Assembly: GCA_963745235.1 (NCBI GenBank)
Contig: CAVUXE010000015.1
Location: forward strand, 1-64,000
Direction of reading: 5' to 3'
Length of the DNA stretch: 64,000 nucleotides
Origin: an uncultured Spirochaetota bacterium
GTDB lineage: Bacteria; Spirochaetota; Spirochaetia; SZUA-6; Fen-1364
The notes under the pieces were generated by a model. It did not search any database, was not told the origin of the DNA, and saw only the letters and a list, made by a program, of their open reading frames with translations. Below, in pieces: positions 1-11,595 of this stretch (position 1 is its first letter; every line of letters begins with the position of its first letter). A program made the position numbers and the translations under genes.

Positions 1-881
1 GAACGACCCGATGACCGCCCCCCCACGGTGCCCACGCCGCCCATGAGGCTCGTGCCCCCGATGACGGAGGCGGCAATCGCGTTCAGCTCGTAGCCGATGG
101 CGCTGTTGGGCTGGGAGGTGACCATGCGGGAGGCGAGGATGATTCCGACAACGCCGGCGCAAGAAGCGCAACACGTAGGCGAGGATCTTGACCCGGTTGA
201 CCTTGATTCCCGAAAGCCGCGCCGCTTCTTCATTCGATCCGACGGCGTAGGTGTACCTTCCGATCCGCGTTTTCTTGAGGACGAAATGGAAGAGCACGGC
301 GACGGCGATCATGATGATCACGGGGTAGGAAATGCCGGGGAACTGGTTGCCCGGTCCGGAAAATGGTGTCGTTCCCCAGCGCGCCGAAAGACATCCGGCG
401 CCGGCCACGCGTTGGCGTTCGTGATGGTAAGGGCAACACCGCGGACGACCAAGGTCATGCCCAGCGTGGCGATGAACGGCGGAAGCTTCAGCCTGGTGAT
501 CATCAGGCCGTTGGCAAGGCCGCAGACGACCCCGGCGACCAGGCCGACGAGCCAGCTGATCCAGATCGGGACCCCGGCAATGGCGGCCATCACCGCCACC
601 GTGCCGGTGAGCGCGACGACCGATCCGATGGAGAGGTCGATGCCGGCGGTGATGATGGTGAACGTCACGCCGATGCCCATGAGGGTGGTCGTGCTGGTCT
701 GCAGGGCGAGACTCAGGACGTTGCGCATGGTGAAGAAGTTCTTCGCCGTGATGGAGAAGACGGCGAACAGCACGACCACGGCGCCGAAGGTGAGGAACCT
801 GTCCAGCGCCAGCCGGGACCGTCCCGTTTTGCCGTGACGGCTTCGGGCCGCATGCTCTCGTGAAGGTCTGGGTCCGTGCAT
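1..881 (-). CDS. Monosaccharide (ribose-type) ABC transporter permease; runs off the window start; frameshift near 330
   Basis: ORF 318..881 has the BPD_transp_2 motifs GIDLSIGS and LPPFIATLG. The permease sequence continues in another frame ([20 protein letters not shown]). Confidence 0.85.
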
Positions 882-884
882 TGC

Positions 885-2408
885 TCATGATCGGGTTCTC
901 GCTTTCTCAGCCGAGCCCGGCCCGCCGCGTAGTTCAGGATTTCCTCTTGCGTCGTATCCTTCGTCACGAGCGTGGCTTCGAGGCTGCCTTCGTGCAGCAC
1001 GAGGACGCGGTCGGTCATTCCCATGATCTCGGGGAGCTCCGAGGAGATCATGATGACCCCCACGCCCTCCCGGGCCAGCCGCTCGATCAGCTCGTAGATG
1101 GCGATACTTGGTGCCGACATCGATGCCGCGGGTGGGCTCGTCGAAGATGAGGATCTTCGAATCGCAGAACAGCCACTTGGCCACGACGACCTTCTGCTGG
1201 TTTCCCCCCGAGAGGTTGTTGACCACCTGCATGAGGCTGGGAGTCCGGATGGTCAGCTCTTCCACGTAGTGCTGGCAGGCCTTCAGCTCGCGCGCCGGGA
1301 GATCACGCCCAGGCGGCGGGACACGCCGCCGACGTTGGCCATGGTGACGTTCTCCGCCAGCTGCATCTTCACCGCAAGGCCTTCCTGCTTGCGGTTCTCC
1401 GAGAGGTAGGCGATCCCCGCCCTGATGGATTCCGACGGAGAGCGAAGGGAGAGCTTCTTGCCGTTCATGATCACTTCCCCTGAATCGATGGGGTCCGCGC
1501 CGAAGATCGCCCGCGCCAGCTCGGACCTGCCCGCGCCCATCAAGCCCGCGAAACCGAGGATCTCCCCGCGGTACAGGTCGAAGGAGATGTCGTGGAGGAC
1601 GCCCCGTCCGCCTGATGCCGCGGACCTCGAGGATCTTTTCCGTGGTGGGCACATTGTGCCGGGCGGGGAACATGTTCTCCAGCTTCCGCCCCACCATGCG
1701 GCTGACGATCTCTTCCATCGTGATGGCGGCGTACTCGTCCGTGCTCACGGAACGGCCGTCACGGAAGATCGAGATGCGGTCCACGATGTGCTTGAGCTCT
1801 TCCAGGCGATGGGAGATGTAGATGATGGCCACGCCGCGGTCGCGCAGCGTGTGGATGACGGTGAACAGCTCGTCGATCTCCGACTCGGTGAGCGCGCTGG
1901 TCGGCTCATCCATGATGAGCACCTCGGAGTCGAAGGAAAGGGACTTGGCGATCTCCACCATCTGCTGCTTGGAGATAGGGAGCCGGTTCAGCGTGATGGT
2001 GGGGTCGATGCGGAGGTTGAGCCGCTCCAGGATGGCAACGGCGTCCCCGTTCATCTTTTTCTCATCCAGCGTCCCGAACCGGGTCAAGGGCTCCCGCCCG
2101 ATGAAGATGTTGGCGGCCACGGAAAGGTGGGGAATGAGGTTCAGCTCCTGGTAGATGATCCCAATACCGGCGTCCCGCGCCTGCGTGGAATCATGGAACC
2201 GGACCTCGCGCCCCTTGTAGCGGATGGCTCCGTCATCAGGCTGGTGGACCCCGGAGAGGATTTTCATCAGTGTTGACTTTCCAGCGCCGTTCTCTCCCAC
2301 CAGGGCGTGGACCTCGCCCTTTCGGAGGTTGAACGAGACCTGATCGAGCGCCTTCACGCCGGGGAAGCTCTTGGAGACTCCCTCGACCTCAAGGATTACG
2401 TCTTGCAT
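885..2408 (-). CDS. Sugar ABC transporter ATP-binding protein (RbsA/MglA type, two NBDs); several frameshifts
   Basis: GENGAGKST Walker [17 protein letters not shown] and [12 protein letters not shown]. Pieces lie in ORFs 885..2477, 1283..1654 and 713..1120. Likely start is MQDVILEV at 2408. Confidence 0.9.
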   Translation of the reverse strand: MQDVILEVEGVSKSFPGVKALDQVSFNLRKGEVHALVGENGAGKSTLMKILSGVHQPDDGAIRYKGREVRFHDSTQARDAGIGIIYQELNLIPHLSVAANIFIGREPLTRFGTLDEKKMNGDAVAILERLNLRIDPTITLNRLPISKQQMVEIAKSLSFDSEVLIMDEPTSALTESEIDELFTVIHTLRDRGVAIIYISHRLEELKHIVDRISIFRDGRSVSTDEYAAITMEEIVSRMVGRKLENMFPARHNVPTTEKILEVRGIRRTGRPPRHLLRPVPRGDPRFRGLDGRGQVRAGAGDLRRGPHRFRGSDHERQEALPSLSVGIHQGGDRLPLGEPQAGRPCGEDAAGGERHHGQRRRRVPPPGRDLPARELKACQHYVEELTIRTPSLMQVVNNLSGGNQQKVVVAKWLFCDSKILIFDEPTRGIDVGTKYRHLRADRAAGPGGRGGHHDLLGAPRDHGNDRPRPRAARRQPRSHARDEGYDARGNPELRGGPGSAEKARTRS

Positions 2409-2609
2409 GCGCAGGAGCCTTCTTCCCGCCCATGAAGGCATGGAACGCGGGCAAACACAATCGAGAAGACGGCACAAAATGTTGGATTTCCGGCACTGCT
2501 CAGGTGCCGGGTCGCGCTAGAACCCGCGAAGGTCAGTGCTGGATCTTTGTGGCAACGCGGCGGCTGGGACACGATGGAGCACGAGGTACTCGAGCCCATG
2601 CTCGCGATC

Positions 2610-2654
2610 GATGAAGCCCATACCCCCCATGTCCGCGGCCAGATTGTACACCTC
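2610..2654 (-). pseudogene. Fragment of a GDP-mannose 3,5-epimerase-like NAD-dependent epimerase
   Basis: Encodes EVYNLAADMGGMGFI, the signature of GME-type extended SDRs. The rest of the gene is absent. Confidence 0.6.
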
Positions 2655-2673
2655 GGCCAAGCCTTCCGCGCAC

Positions 2674-2907
2674 TGCTCGCGTCGAACGCTGGAAAAGAGG
2701 TTCAGGGCCGCCCTGGGCCGAAGCATTCACCAGGAAGTCATCCGCCGTCGAATGGAGTCGGCGCGTCGCCTGCTTCGGGACACGACGCTCACGATCGCCT
2801 CCATTGCGGGAGAAGCAGGCTTCGCAAACGCCCAGCGCTTCTACGCGGCCTTCAAGAGGGTCCAGGGTGTCACGCCGGGCGCCTACCGACAATCTTACCG
2901 GTTCTGA
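2674..2907 (+). pseudogene. AraC-type HTH C-terminal fragment (XylR-like) lacking its N-terminal domain
   Basis: SRRTLEKRFRAALGRSIHQE...GFANAQRFYAAFKRVQGVTPGAYR. No plausible start or N-terminal domain. Confidence 0.7.
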
Positions 2908-3110
2908 CGAATCACGATGCCGGCGGGATCGGACCTGCCCCAAGTGTGACTGGAATTGTGACTGACAACCCTGCTCTGTCACGCTTCGAAGCGCCACAGA
3001 AAGAAACGCAAAGCTACACTCCGCTTGCGTTAAATCCCTTGGCGATATACAGTAAGGCACAGAAAGCTTTAGGCGGCTACAAACCGCCACGCGACGACCG
3101 GTCGCATAGC

Positions 3111-3163
3111 CCGGATTCCTAAACCGTAGGTCGGACGTTCGAGTCATCTCTGGGGCAACACCA
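3111..3163 (+). pseudogene. Degenerate 3' portion of tRNA-Arg(CCT), att-like
   Basis: Anticodon loop TTCCTAA, variable AGGTC, T-arm GGACG-TTCGAGT, then CTGGGGCA. No 5' acceptor strand or D-arm upstream, and the stems carry mismatches. Confidence 0.65.
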
Positions 3164-3363
3164 ATTCCTGATCTCAAAGGGAATTATGTCCTGTCGCGTC
3201 GCCGGTATTCGAGGTTCTGTGAGAACGGTTCCTAAGATCGTTGGCGCTGCATTCTGTTTGACTGCGCTCACGATAGGCCTCGCGGGACGGCGGTCTTCGT
3301 CCGGTCCTTAGCGGTGACTCCTGGTCTTGAACGGCCGATAGGCAGCGGGTACTATTGACTCTC

Positions 3364-3570
3364 ATGGGAAAAGCAAGAACTCCATCGGGCATCTATGCCT
3401 CGACTTTCCAAATCAACAACGGCAAACTTGCCCAATCCATGCGAATGAGCCTCCCGGCCGCCTTGGTGCGCTCTCTCGGGCTGATGAAAGGAATGACTGC
3501 CTATATCAAGGCACATACTGACGGAACCTTCACTGTCTACCCGAACAAGCCCCCCGATACTCGGAGGTGA
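3364..3570 (+). CDS. Small AbrB/MazE-like swapped-hairpin DNA-binding protein (putative)
   Basis: SMRMSLPAALVRSLGLMKG resembles the AbrB pattern. It lies directly upstream of the TA pair. Confidence 0.5.
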   Translation: MGKARTPSGIYASTFQINNGKLAQSMRMSLPAALVRSLGLMKGMTAYIKAHTDGTFTVYPNKPPDTRR

Positions 3571-3574
3571 CGCT

Positions 3575-3862
3575 ATGAGTGATCCAAGATTGCTTGACCT
3601 TGCAAAACGCAACATCTGGTGGCTCGCCCCAGAAGAAGCTCTGGAATTCCCACAGCGGGTCATCGCCAGAATCATGGACATGGGCACATTCGAAGACATT
3701 CATGAGCTGATAGCGATTGTAGGCGAGGAAGCCCTGCGGCAGACGCTGCAAAAGGCTGAGGCCGGGCAATTTCGACCACGGTCTTGGTCGTACTGGCAAT
3801 ACCTTCTCAACGGGCTTGCTGATGATGCTCTGCCGCTCATGCCTGTGCGGAAGGTGTCATGA
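3575..3862 (+). CDS. Putative antitoxin partner of the AbiEii-like nucleotidyltransferase
   Basis: 95 aa (IWW...VIARIMDMGTFED...SWSYW). ATGA overlap with the downstream toxin gene. Confidence 0.6.
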   Translation: MSDPRLLDLAKRNIWWLAPEEALEFPQRVIARIMDMGTFEDIHELIAIVGEEALRQTLQKAEAGQFRPRSWSYWQYLLNGLADDALPLMPVRKVS

Positions 3863-4711
3863 ATCCGTTCAAGCCACATTTAGAAGTTCTGCCCAAAGCA
3901 CAGAAAGAGACCTGGCCCGCTCTGGGCTGGACTACTACCAATCGCTTTGTGCTGTACGGAGGAACTGCAATCGCACTCCGTTGCGGCCACAGGGCGTCAA
4001 TCGATTTCGACTTCTTCACCGACCAGCAACTGAATCAGTCGACTATCACTTCAAGAACTACGGGAATCTGGAATGGCTTTCCGTGTCGTCCAAGACGAGA
4101 AGAACTCTCTTACCGTGGTTACCGAGCCCGGATACGTCAGACTGTCATTCTTCGGTGGCCTTGAGATGGGGCGGGTAGGCGTGCCTGAATTGACGGAAGA
4201 CGGGGTCGTGTTGGTTGCGTCATCGCTTGATCTCTTGGGTACGAAGCTCAAGGTTATTATGCAGCGAGCTGAATCGAAGGACTACGCAGACATCGCTCAA
4301 TTGTTGCACGGCGGACCAAGTCTGATCCAAGGGCTTGGGGCAGCCCGGTCCTTGTACGGTTCCGCCTTCGCACCGGCGGAGTGCCTTCGTGCCTTGACCT
4401 TTTTTGATGACGGCGACCTCACGAGAGTAAACGCCGAAACGCGCAACGTCCTGCGAACTGAGGCCGCGAAAGTATCCAGGGTGTTTCCGATTCCTTCTAT
4501 AGAGAAGAGCAGCAATCAATTGAGTGACGATGGTATCGTCCGCAGAGCAAGTCGGGATCGAGGCGGATTGGAGCTCTTGAGCTCGTCGGAGACCGCTCTA
4601 CGCACCTTGCGGGAAGCTGCGAGGCCTCACGCCTTGAGGTCAGCAGGAGGCGCTTCCCTGTCTTGGGCGTACTGGAAATGGCTTCATTTGGGCCCGGCTT
4701 CCCATTTCTGA
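3859..4711 (+). CDS. AbiEii/AbiGii (DUF1814) nucleotidyltransferase toxin; frameshift near 4070
   Basis: LYGGTAIALRCGHRASIDFDFF in ORF 3859..4164; KLKVIMQRAESKDYADI in ORF 4073..4711. Confidence 0.8.
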
Positions 4712-5106
4712 ATTGCGCGCCTTGCGGTACTCACCAGGCTGATTCGGTCGATAGGTTTTGTCAGATAGTCGAAAGCACCTGCCTCAAGGAAGTGGCGGGC
4801 CATTTTGGGATCCCCCACTCCAGTCGCTACAATCACCAGCGTCTGAGGGCGCACGTTGCGAATATGCTGAAACAAATGGACCCCCGAGAAGCCGGGCATC
4901 ACCAAATCCAGCAGGACAACGGAGAACGGTCGGTACTGCACCTGGTCTCGGGCTTCGTCGCCATCGGCGCACTCGAAAAGGTTCGTTATCCCGCTCAGAA
5001 TAAGGGCTATTCGAATCGATTTGCGGATCTCTGCTTCATCGTCAACGATAAAGACCGGATGCCTGGGAAACAAAGTGGTGCTTGGGCCGACATCTGATGT
5101 GTTCAA
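4684..5106 (-). CDS. Single-domain response regulator receiver protein
   Basis: IVDDE, LLDLVMPGFSG and GAFDYLTKP; no output domain. Confidence 0.85.
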   Translation of the reverse strand: MNTSDVGPSTTLFPRHPVFIVDDEAEIRKSIRIALILSGITNLFECADGDEARDQVQYRPFSVVLLDLVMPGFSGVHLFQHIRNVRPQTLVIVATGVGDPKMARHFLEAGAFDYLTKPIDRISLVSTARRAIQKWEAGPK

Positions 5107-5236
5107 TCGATAGGCTCCTTAGCTGACAGCCCGTCCGCGTCTCCTTGCCAGCCCTTGAGAGAACGGAGATAGATGGAATAGCGGCGCGGCGTGCGGAAGC
5201 GGGGTGTCCCGCTGCCGCGCCTGTCTATTCTCCCAA

Positions 5237-7387
5237 TCACTTTTCGGACTTGTCGCCCTTGATCTCCGAGCTGGCGGTGGCCAGCAATCGGGAGGACTCT
5301 CCCGTGGAACCCCCATGACCGTTTCCATCCGACTTGCCACGTTCGATGAGGCTGTTCACACGCTTGTGCAGCCCTTCGGCAGCCTTGGTGCCGTCTCCAA
5401 TCTTGAACTGCGACATCAGCCGGGTGAGCTCCTGGGCCATGCCGGAAAGCTGCTCTGTGGCGGATGACATCTCCTCAGCCGCGGACGCAGCGGTCTGCGT
5501 GATCTCGTTGACGTTCTCTACCGCTGTGGAGACCTGCTTGGCGTTCGTCGTCTGCTCCTCGGTCGCCGCGGAAATGCTGGAGCTCATCTCGTTGATATTG
5601 CCTAAAGCGGAGGCAACCTCGTGGATGGCGGTAACCTGCTGCTTCATACCCTCAGACAGTGAGACAATCATGTCCTTGACCTTCTGGGAAGCCTCGCGGA
5701 TCTGCTCCATTGCAGACTGCGATCCCTGGGCGGTCTTCACCCCTTCAGTCACGTTCCTCACGCTATCCTTGATCAGCGCCTCGATCTCTTTTGTCGATGA
5801 TGCGCTGCGATCGGCAAGCTTGCTGACTTCATCCGCAACGACCGCGAATCCCCGCCCATGCTCTCCGGCCCGCGCCGCTTCGATTGAGGCGTTGAGAGCC
5901 AGAAGGTTCGTCTGGTCTGCGATGTCGGAGATTACGTTTACAATTCCGCCGATTCGCTCGGAGCTCTGTGCAATCAGGTTGATTACTGTAACCACCTGCG
6001 CCACGGCCTTGCTTCCCTGGAGTGCGTTATCGACCGACTGGGCTGCCAGACTGGAGATTTCGTTCAAGTTCGCTGAAACCTCCTCCACTGATCTCTGCAC
6101 CTGCGCCATGGACGCTGTTCCCTGCTCCACAGCGGAAGACTGCCCCTGCGAGTGTTCAGCGACCTGCTCCACGGATGAAGTCAGCTCCTCCACTGAGGCG
6201 CTGGTCTCTTCGAGAGAAGAAGCCTGGCTCTGTGCACCCTCAGAGAGCTGCTGTGCGCTGGCCGATATCTCTTCGCTGGAAGAGGCAACCTGCTCAGAGC
6301 TTTCGTGGATGGTTGCGACCATCTCACGCAGCCTCTGGGACGTGGTTTCCAGCGCTGATGCCAGCAGTCCGACCTCGTCTCGTTTTTTCAAAAGCTCTTC
6401 GCCAACAGATTCCCGAAGGTCGCCTTGTGCCAGGTTCTCCAGCAGGCCGACCACCTTGCGGATAGGCGATGAGATGGTACGTGCGAAGAGCGCAAAGACG
6501 AGTCCACCCGCAACCAGCCCGCCCACCATGATCGCGAGAATCGAGAGAAGCAGCTCCCGGTAAGCGTCCTGACTCTGGCTCAACTTCCTGGTCTCATCGA
6601 CCACGGAGGCAACAAGCGGCTCCACCTTGTGGATGGCGTCCCGCATCGTGCCTTGCAGCCCCTCGTTCTCCGTAAGACCAATCTGGTTCTGCAGGTCCAC
6701 GTAGTTCTGTACCGAGCTTGTATATTTGTCGATATCCGCGAGGAGCGCCGAGCGTGACGGCTCGCCAAGTCGGCTAACCCCGGCCTTGAGGTTCCCCACC
6801 TCTGCGGTCAGCTGGTCAAGATAGGTCTTGTCTGACCGAAGGAGGTAGTCTTTTTCGTGACGCCGAATTTCAAGCAGGGAAATTGTGAGGGCAGGGTTTC
6901 TCGTGGCTGACAGCCTTTCCTCTATGTCGTGAGCAGCGACTCGCCATGCGCCCTCCGCGCCCCAGTCTTGGAATCCCAGCTGTTTGTACGCCGCAACGAG
7001 ATTCGTGTAGGACGTACCATATTCACCTACTGCTGCACGAAGGTCATCGATCGATTGCTTTTTCACCTGATGAAGTGCTTCCAGGCGATCGATGGCCTTA
7101 TTCAGCTCCCCCATCGACTTTGCGTGCAACTCGATATTGGTACCTGTGCCCTTCTCATAGAAATCGCCGGTTTTGATGTCGCGAAGCTGGGAGTCCTTTT
7201 CGTTGCGGCGCGCCTGCAGCATCCAAATGTCGATCTCGTTCGCGAATGAGTGTGCGGTGCTTGCCCGGTCGCTTCTCTGGTAAAAGAATATAAGTGATGC
7301 CACCCACAAAGCGCCGATCACCAGGGTCAGCATCCCGAAGATACCGATCATTTTGGTGAAGATCCCCGTCCCTTTTTTCGTTTTCAT
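5237..7387 (-). CDS. Methyl-accepting chemotaxis protein with a helical-bimodular-like sensor and HAMP
   Basis: Two TM segments, LQARRNEKD and [10 protein letters not shown] sensor repeats, [30 protein letters not shown]. Confidence 0.95.
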   Translation of the reverse strand: MKTKKGTGIFTKMIGIFGMLTLVIGALWVASLIFFYQRSDRASTAHSFANEIDIWMLQARRNEKDSQLRDIKTGDFYEKGTGTNIELHAKSMGELNKAIDRLEALHQVKKQSIDDLRAAVGEYGTSYTNLVAAYKQLGFQDWGAEGAWRVAAHDIEERLSATRNPALTISLLEIRRHEKDYLLRSDKTYLDQLTAEVGNLKAGVSRLGEPSRSALLADIDKYTSSVQNYVDLQNQIGLTENEGLQGTMRDAIHKVEPLVASVVDETRKLSQSQDAYRELLLSILAIMVGGLVAGGLVFALFARTISSPIRKVVGLLENLAQGDLRESVGEELLKKRDEVGLLASALETTSQRLREMVATIHESSEQVASSSEEISASAQQLSEGAQSQASSLEETSASVEELTSSVEQVAEHSQGQSSAVEQGTASMAQVQRSVEEVSANLNEISSLAAQSVDNALQGSKAVAQVVTVINLIAQSSERIGGIVNVISDIADQTNLLALNASIEAARAGEHGRGFAVVADEVSKLADRSASSTKEIEALIKDSVRNVTEGVKTAQGSQSAMEQIREASQKVKDMIVSLSEGMKQQVTAIHEVASALGNINEMSSSISAATEEQTTNAKQVSTAVENVNEITQTAASAAEEMSSATEQLSGMAQELTRLMSQFKIGDGTKAAEGLHKRVNSLIERGKSDGNGHGGSTGESSRLLATASSEIKGDKSEK

Positions 7388-7419
7388 ATTACCCTCCTGA
7401 GACTCAATCTCAATGTCTC

Positions 7420-7932
7420 CTATGCTTCGCCCCCAACGGGGGCTTGGTGTTTGTCAGCTTCCTTGATACTTGCCTCCAGCTCTCGAAGCTCATCGAGGCT
7501 GAACAACTTCTCAACGTCCAGCAAGATCACCAGGCGTTCGTTCAACTTTCCAACCGAGGTAATGAAACGGCTCACTGCTTCCCCCATTACCGGCGGCGGC
7601 TCATCGAACTGGTCCACGGGCACGCGCACTACCTGGCTGGCGGAATCAACCACCATGCCCACAGGCCGTCCCTCCACGTCCACCACGATCACGCGGGTCG
7701 CCGATGTCGAATCCCGTTTACCCAGTCCAAACCGCTCACTGAGGTCGATAATCGGGATGATTTCGCCTCGCAGGTTTATGATGCCCTTGACGCTGGTAGG
7801 AGCCTTGGGCAGCCAGGTGACCTGGCGCATGCGGATGACCTCACGGACCCTTGGCAGTTCCAGGCCATATTCTTCCTCGCCAACAGTGAAGCTGATGAGT
7901 TGCTTCATTTCCACGACCGCGTTTTCAGCCAT
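7420..7932 (-). CDS. cheW: Chemotaxis coupling protein CheW
   Basis: [16 protein letters not shown] and VGMVVDS motifs. Confidence 0.95.
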   Translation of the reverse strand: MAENAVVEMKQLISFTVGEEEYGLELPRVREVIRMRQVTWLPKAPTSVKGIINLRGEIIPIIDLSERFGLGKRDSTSATRVIVVDVEGRPVGMVVDSASQVVRVPVDQFDEPPPVMGEAVSRFITSVGKLNERLVILLDVEKLFSLDELRELEASIKEADKHQAPVGGEA

Positions 7933-8066
7933 TCTGATCCCTCCTTTTGGGCGAGATCGATGTTCGTCGAAAGAGCTCTGATCGCATCAATCTTGCCTCC
8001 TGCTTGCTTTCCTTCACGCTGATAGGCCGGTGGCATCTCAGCGTGAGCATTTATGAGGACAGGAAA

Positions 8067-8083
8067 AGCAATTCCCAAGCCAA
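8067..8083 (-). promoter_or_regulatory. sigma54 (-24/-12) promoter upstream of cheW-MCP-REC
   Basis: Minus strand reads TTGGCTTG-GGAA-TTGCT (GG-N10-GC). Confidence 0.65.
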
Positions 8084-8625
8084 GTCGCCATTTCACGGTG
8101 ATTCTCATGTAATTTGAATCTAGAAAACGTGTATTTGCTTGTAATATGAAAAGTTACCGTCGGGCTTTGATATAAGAATCAACCAACGAAGGCTTCGAAA
8201 TCGCCGTGGCCCTAAGGCGAATCGTGGCCGGGCTCCGGCTGAAGGTGCCGCAAAAACATTGCGTTCGTGCCGTTTTGGCACACCCCTTCGCCATGCGTCT
8301 GGCAAGGACTCGAAGCTGGAACCATACCGCAAGCGGCCGTCTCTCTATGCAACGAGGACTAACGATCGATAGGGCCTTGGAGCCGAGGGATTCAGGGCAC
8401 CTCCACCTCTGCGGCCGGTATGATCGAGAAGCGGCGGTATAGCCTTCTTCGGCGGGTCAATTCAGCCACGTCCAGGAAGGAGAGGGTGTGCAATTACCCC
8501 CGCCGCAAACAATCACGAGGAGACAACCAAGTCGACCAACACTCTTTCTTTTTCGCAAGTCGGGTGAGCGTTTGTATATTCGAAACGTTGCATCAGCGGG
8601 AAAGGATTACAAAGTGGCGAGCGCG

Positions 8626-11353
8626 ATGAAATTTTTCAAACGAGTCGTCCAGGCTTTGGAGAAAAGACCGTGGATGGCTTTCTTTCTGGGACTCCCAATT
8701 TTCGGTGGCATCGCAGCAGCGGATCTCCTGACGCCGGAGCAGTTGTCCTTCGCCTTTTTCTACCTGATTCCCATTGCCTTGTTGCTCTGGTTCCCCGGTC
8801 GATGGCTGGTATGGCTTATAGCCGCATCAAGTGCCTCTCTCTGGCTCGCGGACCATCTCGTGCACGCAGACCTCGGCCACCTCCACTCGATTGCCCCATA
8901 CTGGGAACCGGTGGTCAGGTTCTGCTTTTACGCTGTTTTCATAGTTGGTTTGACCAGGATCCGGGAGTACCTGGCACGGTTGCGGACGGGGAACAGCGAA
9001 TTGAGCGCGGCCCTCGCCGCATTCCATGAAGCAGAACAGCGATATCGAGAGATCTTCGAAAACTCCTCCAGCGGTGTCGCCCTATTCGACGTTACCCCTG
9101 ACCTGAGGTTCAGGGTCGTGGGAATCAATCCGGCGGTGGAACGAATGACGGGTCTCGTTGCCGCCGATGTTGTGGGGAAATTCGTCGAGGAGGCGCTACC
9201 CGCAGAGACAGCCCAGCGCCTCATCGCCAACTACACACGGAGTGTGCAGGCAGGCTCCCCGATTCTTGTTCGGGATGCGATAGTTTTTCCCGCAGGTCCT
9301 CGTTTTTTTGAGACGTCGCTCGTTCCCGTGCGCGACACCACCGGTCGAATCCACCGCCTCATCACCCTTCCCGTCGACATGACCGACAAGAATCGTGCCG
9401 AGGAAGCTCTCCGCGCGAGCGAGCGGCGGTACCGGGAGATTTTCGACAACTCGTCTGACGGGATCTTCATGCTGGAGGTCTGCGGAGACGGCCAGTTTCG
9501 AGTTCTCGAGATCAACCCAGCAGAAGAAAAGCGCTTGGGGATGTCCAGCGCGGCGGCTTCGGGAAAGCGCAACGATGAGCTGGTGCCAGCGGAGACTGCG
9601 GCGCACCTGGATGACAACAACCGAAGGTGTGTCGCCTCAGGCAGGCCCATCAGTTTCGACGATGTGGTCCAGCTCCCGACAGGACGCTACGAGTACCATA
9701 CGACGCTTGCCCCGGTGCGTGATGAGACGGGACGGATCTACCGCATTGTCGGGGTGTCACGCGACGTGACAGAGAACAGGCGAATGGAGCGGGCGCTGAA
9801 GCAGTCAGAGGAAAAGTTTTCCAAGTCTTTTCACGCGAGCCCCGACTCCATCACGATCAGCCGCCTGGACGACGGCGCGCTCATCGAGGTCAATCGCGGA
9901 TTTTTCGAGGCGTATGGATACACGAGAGAGGGAGTGATCGGCCGATCTGCCCTGCCGTCTGACCTTGGGGTCTGGGATGATGCGCGGGACAGGGAGACGG
10001 TTGGTGGCACTCTTGAAGAAGAAAGGGACGGTGACGGGCTTCGAGGCGAAGTTTCGACGGAAAAATGGGGAAATCCGATATGCGGTCCTTTCTTCCAGCC
10101 TGGTCGAGATCGAAGGTGAGAGATGCCTGCTCACGATATCCCGCGACACAACCGAGCACAGGTATATGCAGGAGGCCCTGCGCGAAAGCGAGGCGAGGTA
10201 CCGCGAGATCTTCGAAAACACCTCGGACGGCATCTTCGTCGTCGAGGTGACTTCCGATCTGCGCTATCGCCTGGTGAGCTACAACCCCGCGCAGGAAAGG
10301 ATGCTGGGGATCTCGGTGGCGGACGCCGTGGGCAGGTTCACCGAAGAATATCTTCCTCAAGAGTTCGCGGACAGGGTCAACGAAGACAACAGGCGGTGCA
10401 TCGAAGGAGGGGTGCCCATGAGCTTCGAGGAGATGCTCGACCTTCCGATAGGCCGCAAGCACTATCATACGACACTCGTGCCGGTCCGGGACCAGGCCGG
10501 CAGAATTGCCCGGCTCATCGGTGTGTCACGAGACCTCACGGAGTTGAGGCGCGCGGAAGAACGGGAACGGGTCCACGAGCAGGAGCTTTTTCAGGCCTCG
10601 AAGCTCGCATCACTGGGCACTCTTGTTTCGGGAATTGCGCACGAGATCAACAATCCGAACAACTTCATTCGTCTCAACGTGCAGAACCTGAAGGAGTTCT
10701 GGCAGGACATGCGCCCGATTCTGGATCAAGCGGGTGCAACTGATGACAGCCTCTCTCTTCACAGCGTTCCGATTGAAACTGCCCGGGGAATGGTCGAAGA
10801 CTCCCTCTCCGGCATCGAAGAAGGGTCGAAGCGCATCGAGAAGCTGTTGAAGAACCTTCGCGATTTTGCTCGGGGGGATGACGGCGAGCTGACTGAAGAG
10901 GTGGACGTGAACGCCGCAACGGATTCTGCAGTCCTGATGACTCGAAATCTGATCCAGAAATCGACAGATTCCTTCTCCATCCGCCGGGCCGCTGGCCTTC
11001 CAGCCGTTCGTGGGAATCAGCACCAGATCGAGCAAGTGGTCATAAACTTAGTAACAAACGCGTGTCAGGCACTCCCGTCCCGGGATAGAAAGATCGCTGT
11101 CAGAACGTCGCTCGAGGGCCACTGGATCGTCGTCGAGGTTGCGGACGAGGGGATGGGCATTCCCTCTGAGAATATTGCGAGGGTGACCGACCCCTTCTTC
11201 ACGACCAAGCGGGCCAACGGAGGATCTGGGCTCGGGTTGGCGGTCACCTCGCGCATCGTCTCGAACCATGGAGGCACCATCAACTTCAGCTCGAAAGTCG
11301 GCGCCGGAACCCGGGTGAGCATCCGGCTTCCCACGGTAGGAGGACAACGATGA
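8626..11353 (+). CDS. Membrane-anchored multi-PAS sensor histidine kinase; frameshift near 10000
   Basis: N-terminal TM helices, four PAS domains (three start YREIF(E/D)N), H-box IAHEINNPNN, N-box, DPFFTTK and GSGLGL. ORFs 8488..10119 and 9965..11353. Confidence 0.9.
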
Positions 11354-11595
11354 GCAGTCCCTATCCTTCCGAGCCGTTTCTCATCGTCGACGACGAGAAA
11401 CGAGATCCGCGCGTCGGTGCGCACGACCCTGCGCCTTGCCGGTATCACGAACCTGGAAGAGTGCGAGGATGGGGACAAGGCTGGCACGTTCAGTCGGGCG
11501 CATTCCCTCGCGGCCGTCATCCTGGACCTGATGATGCCCGGCCTCTCTGGTATCGACCTGCTGTCCCTGATTCTCGAGCAGCGTCCTTGGTCTGA
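11350..11595 (+). pseudogene. Truncated response regulator (partial receiver only)
   Basis: FLIVDDE...ILDLMMPGLSG with a frameshift near 11400. Similarity ends near 11590, where it runs into the convergent gene. Confidence 0.7.

Noticed and set aside
2990-3040. c-di-GMP-I riboswitch (GAAA...ACGCAAAGCTA)
   Set aside because: The flanking P1/P2 stems and GGCAAA element are missing, and no suitably placed gene follows.
3085-3163. Functional tRNA-Arg gene
   Set aside because: No 5' acceptor strand or D-arm, and mismatches in the anticodon and T stems. Reported only as a remnant.
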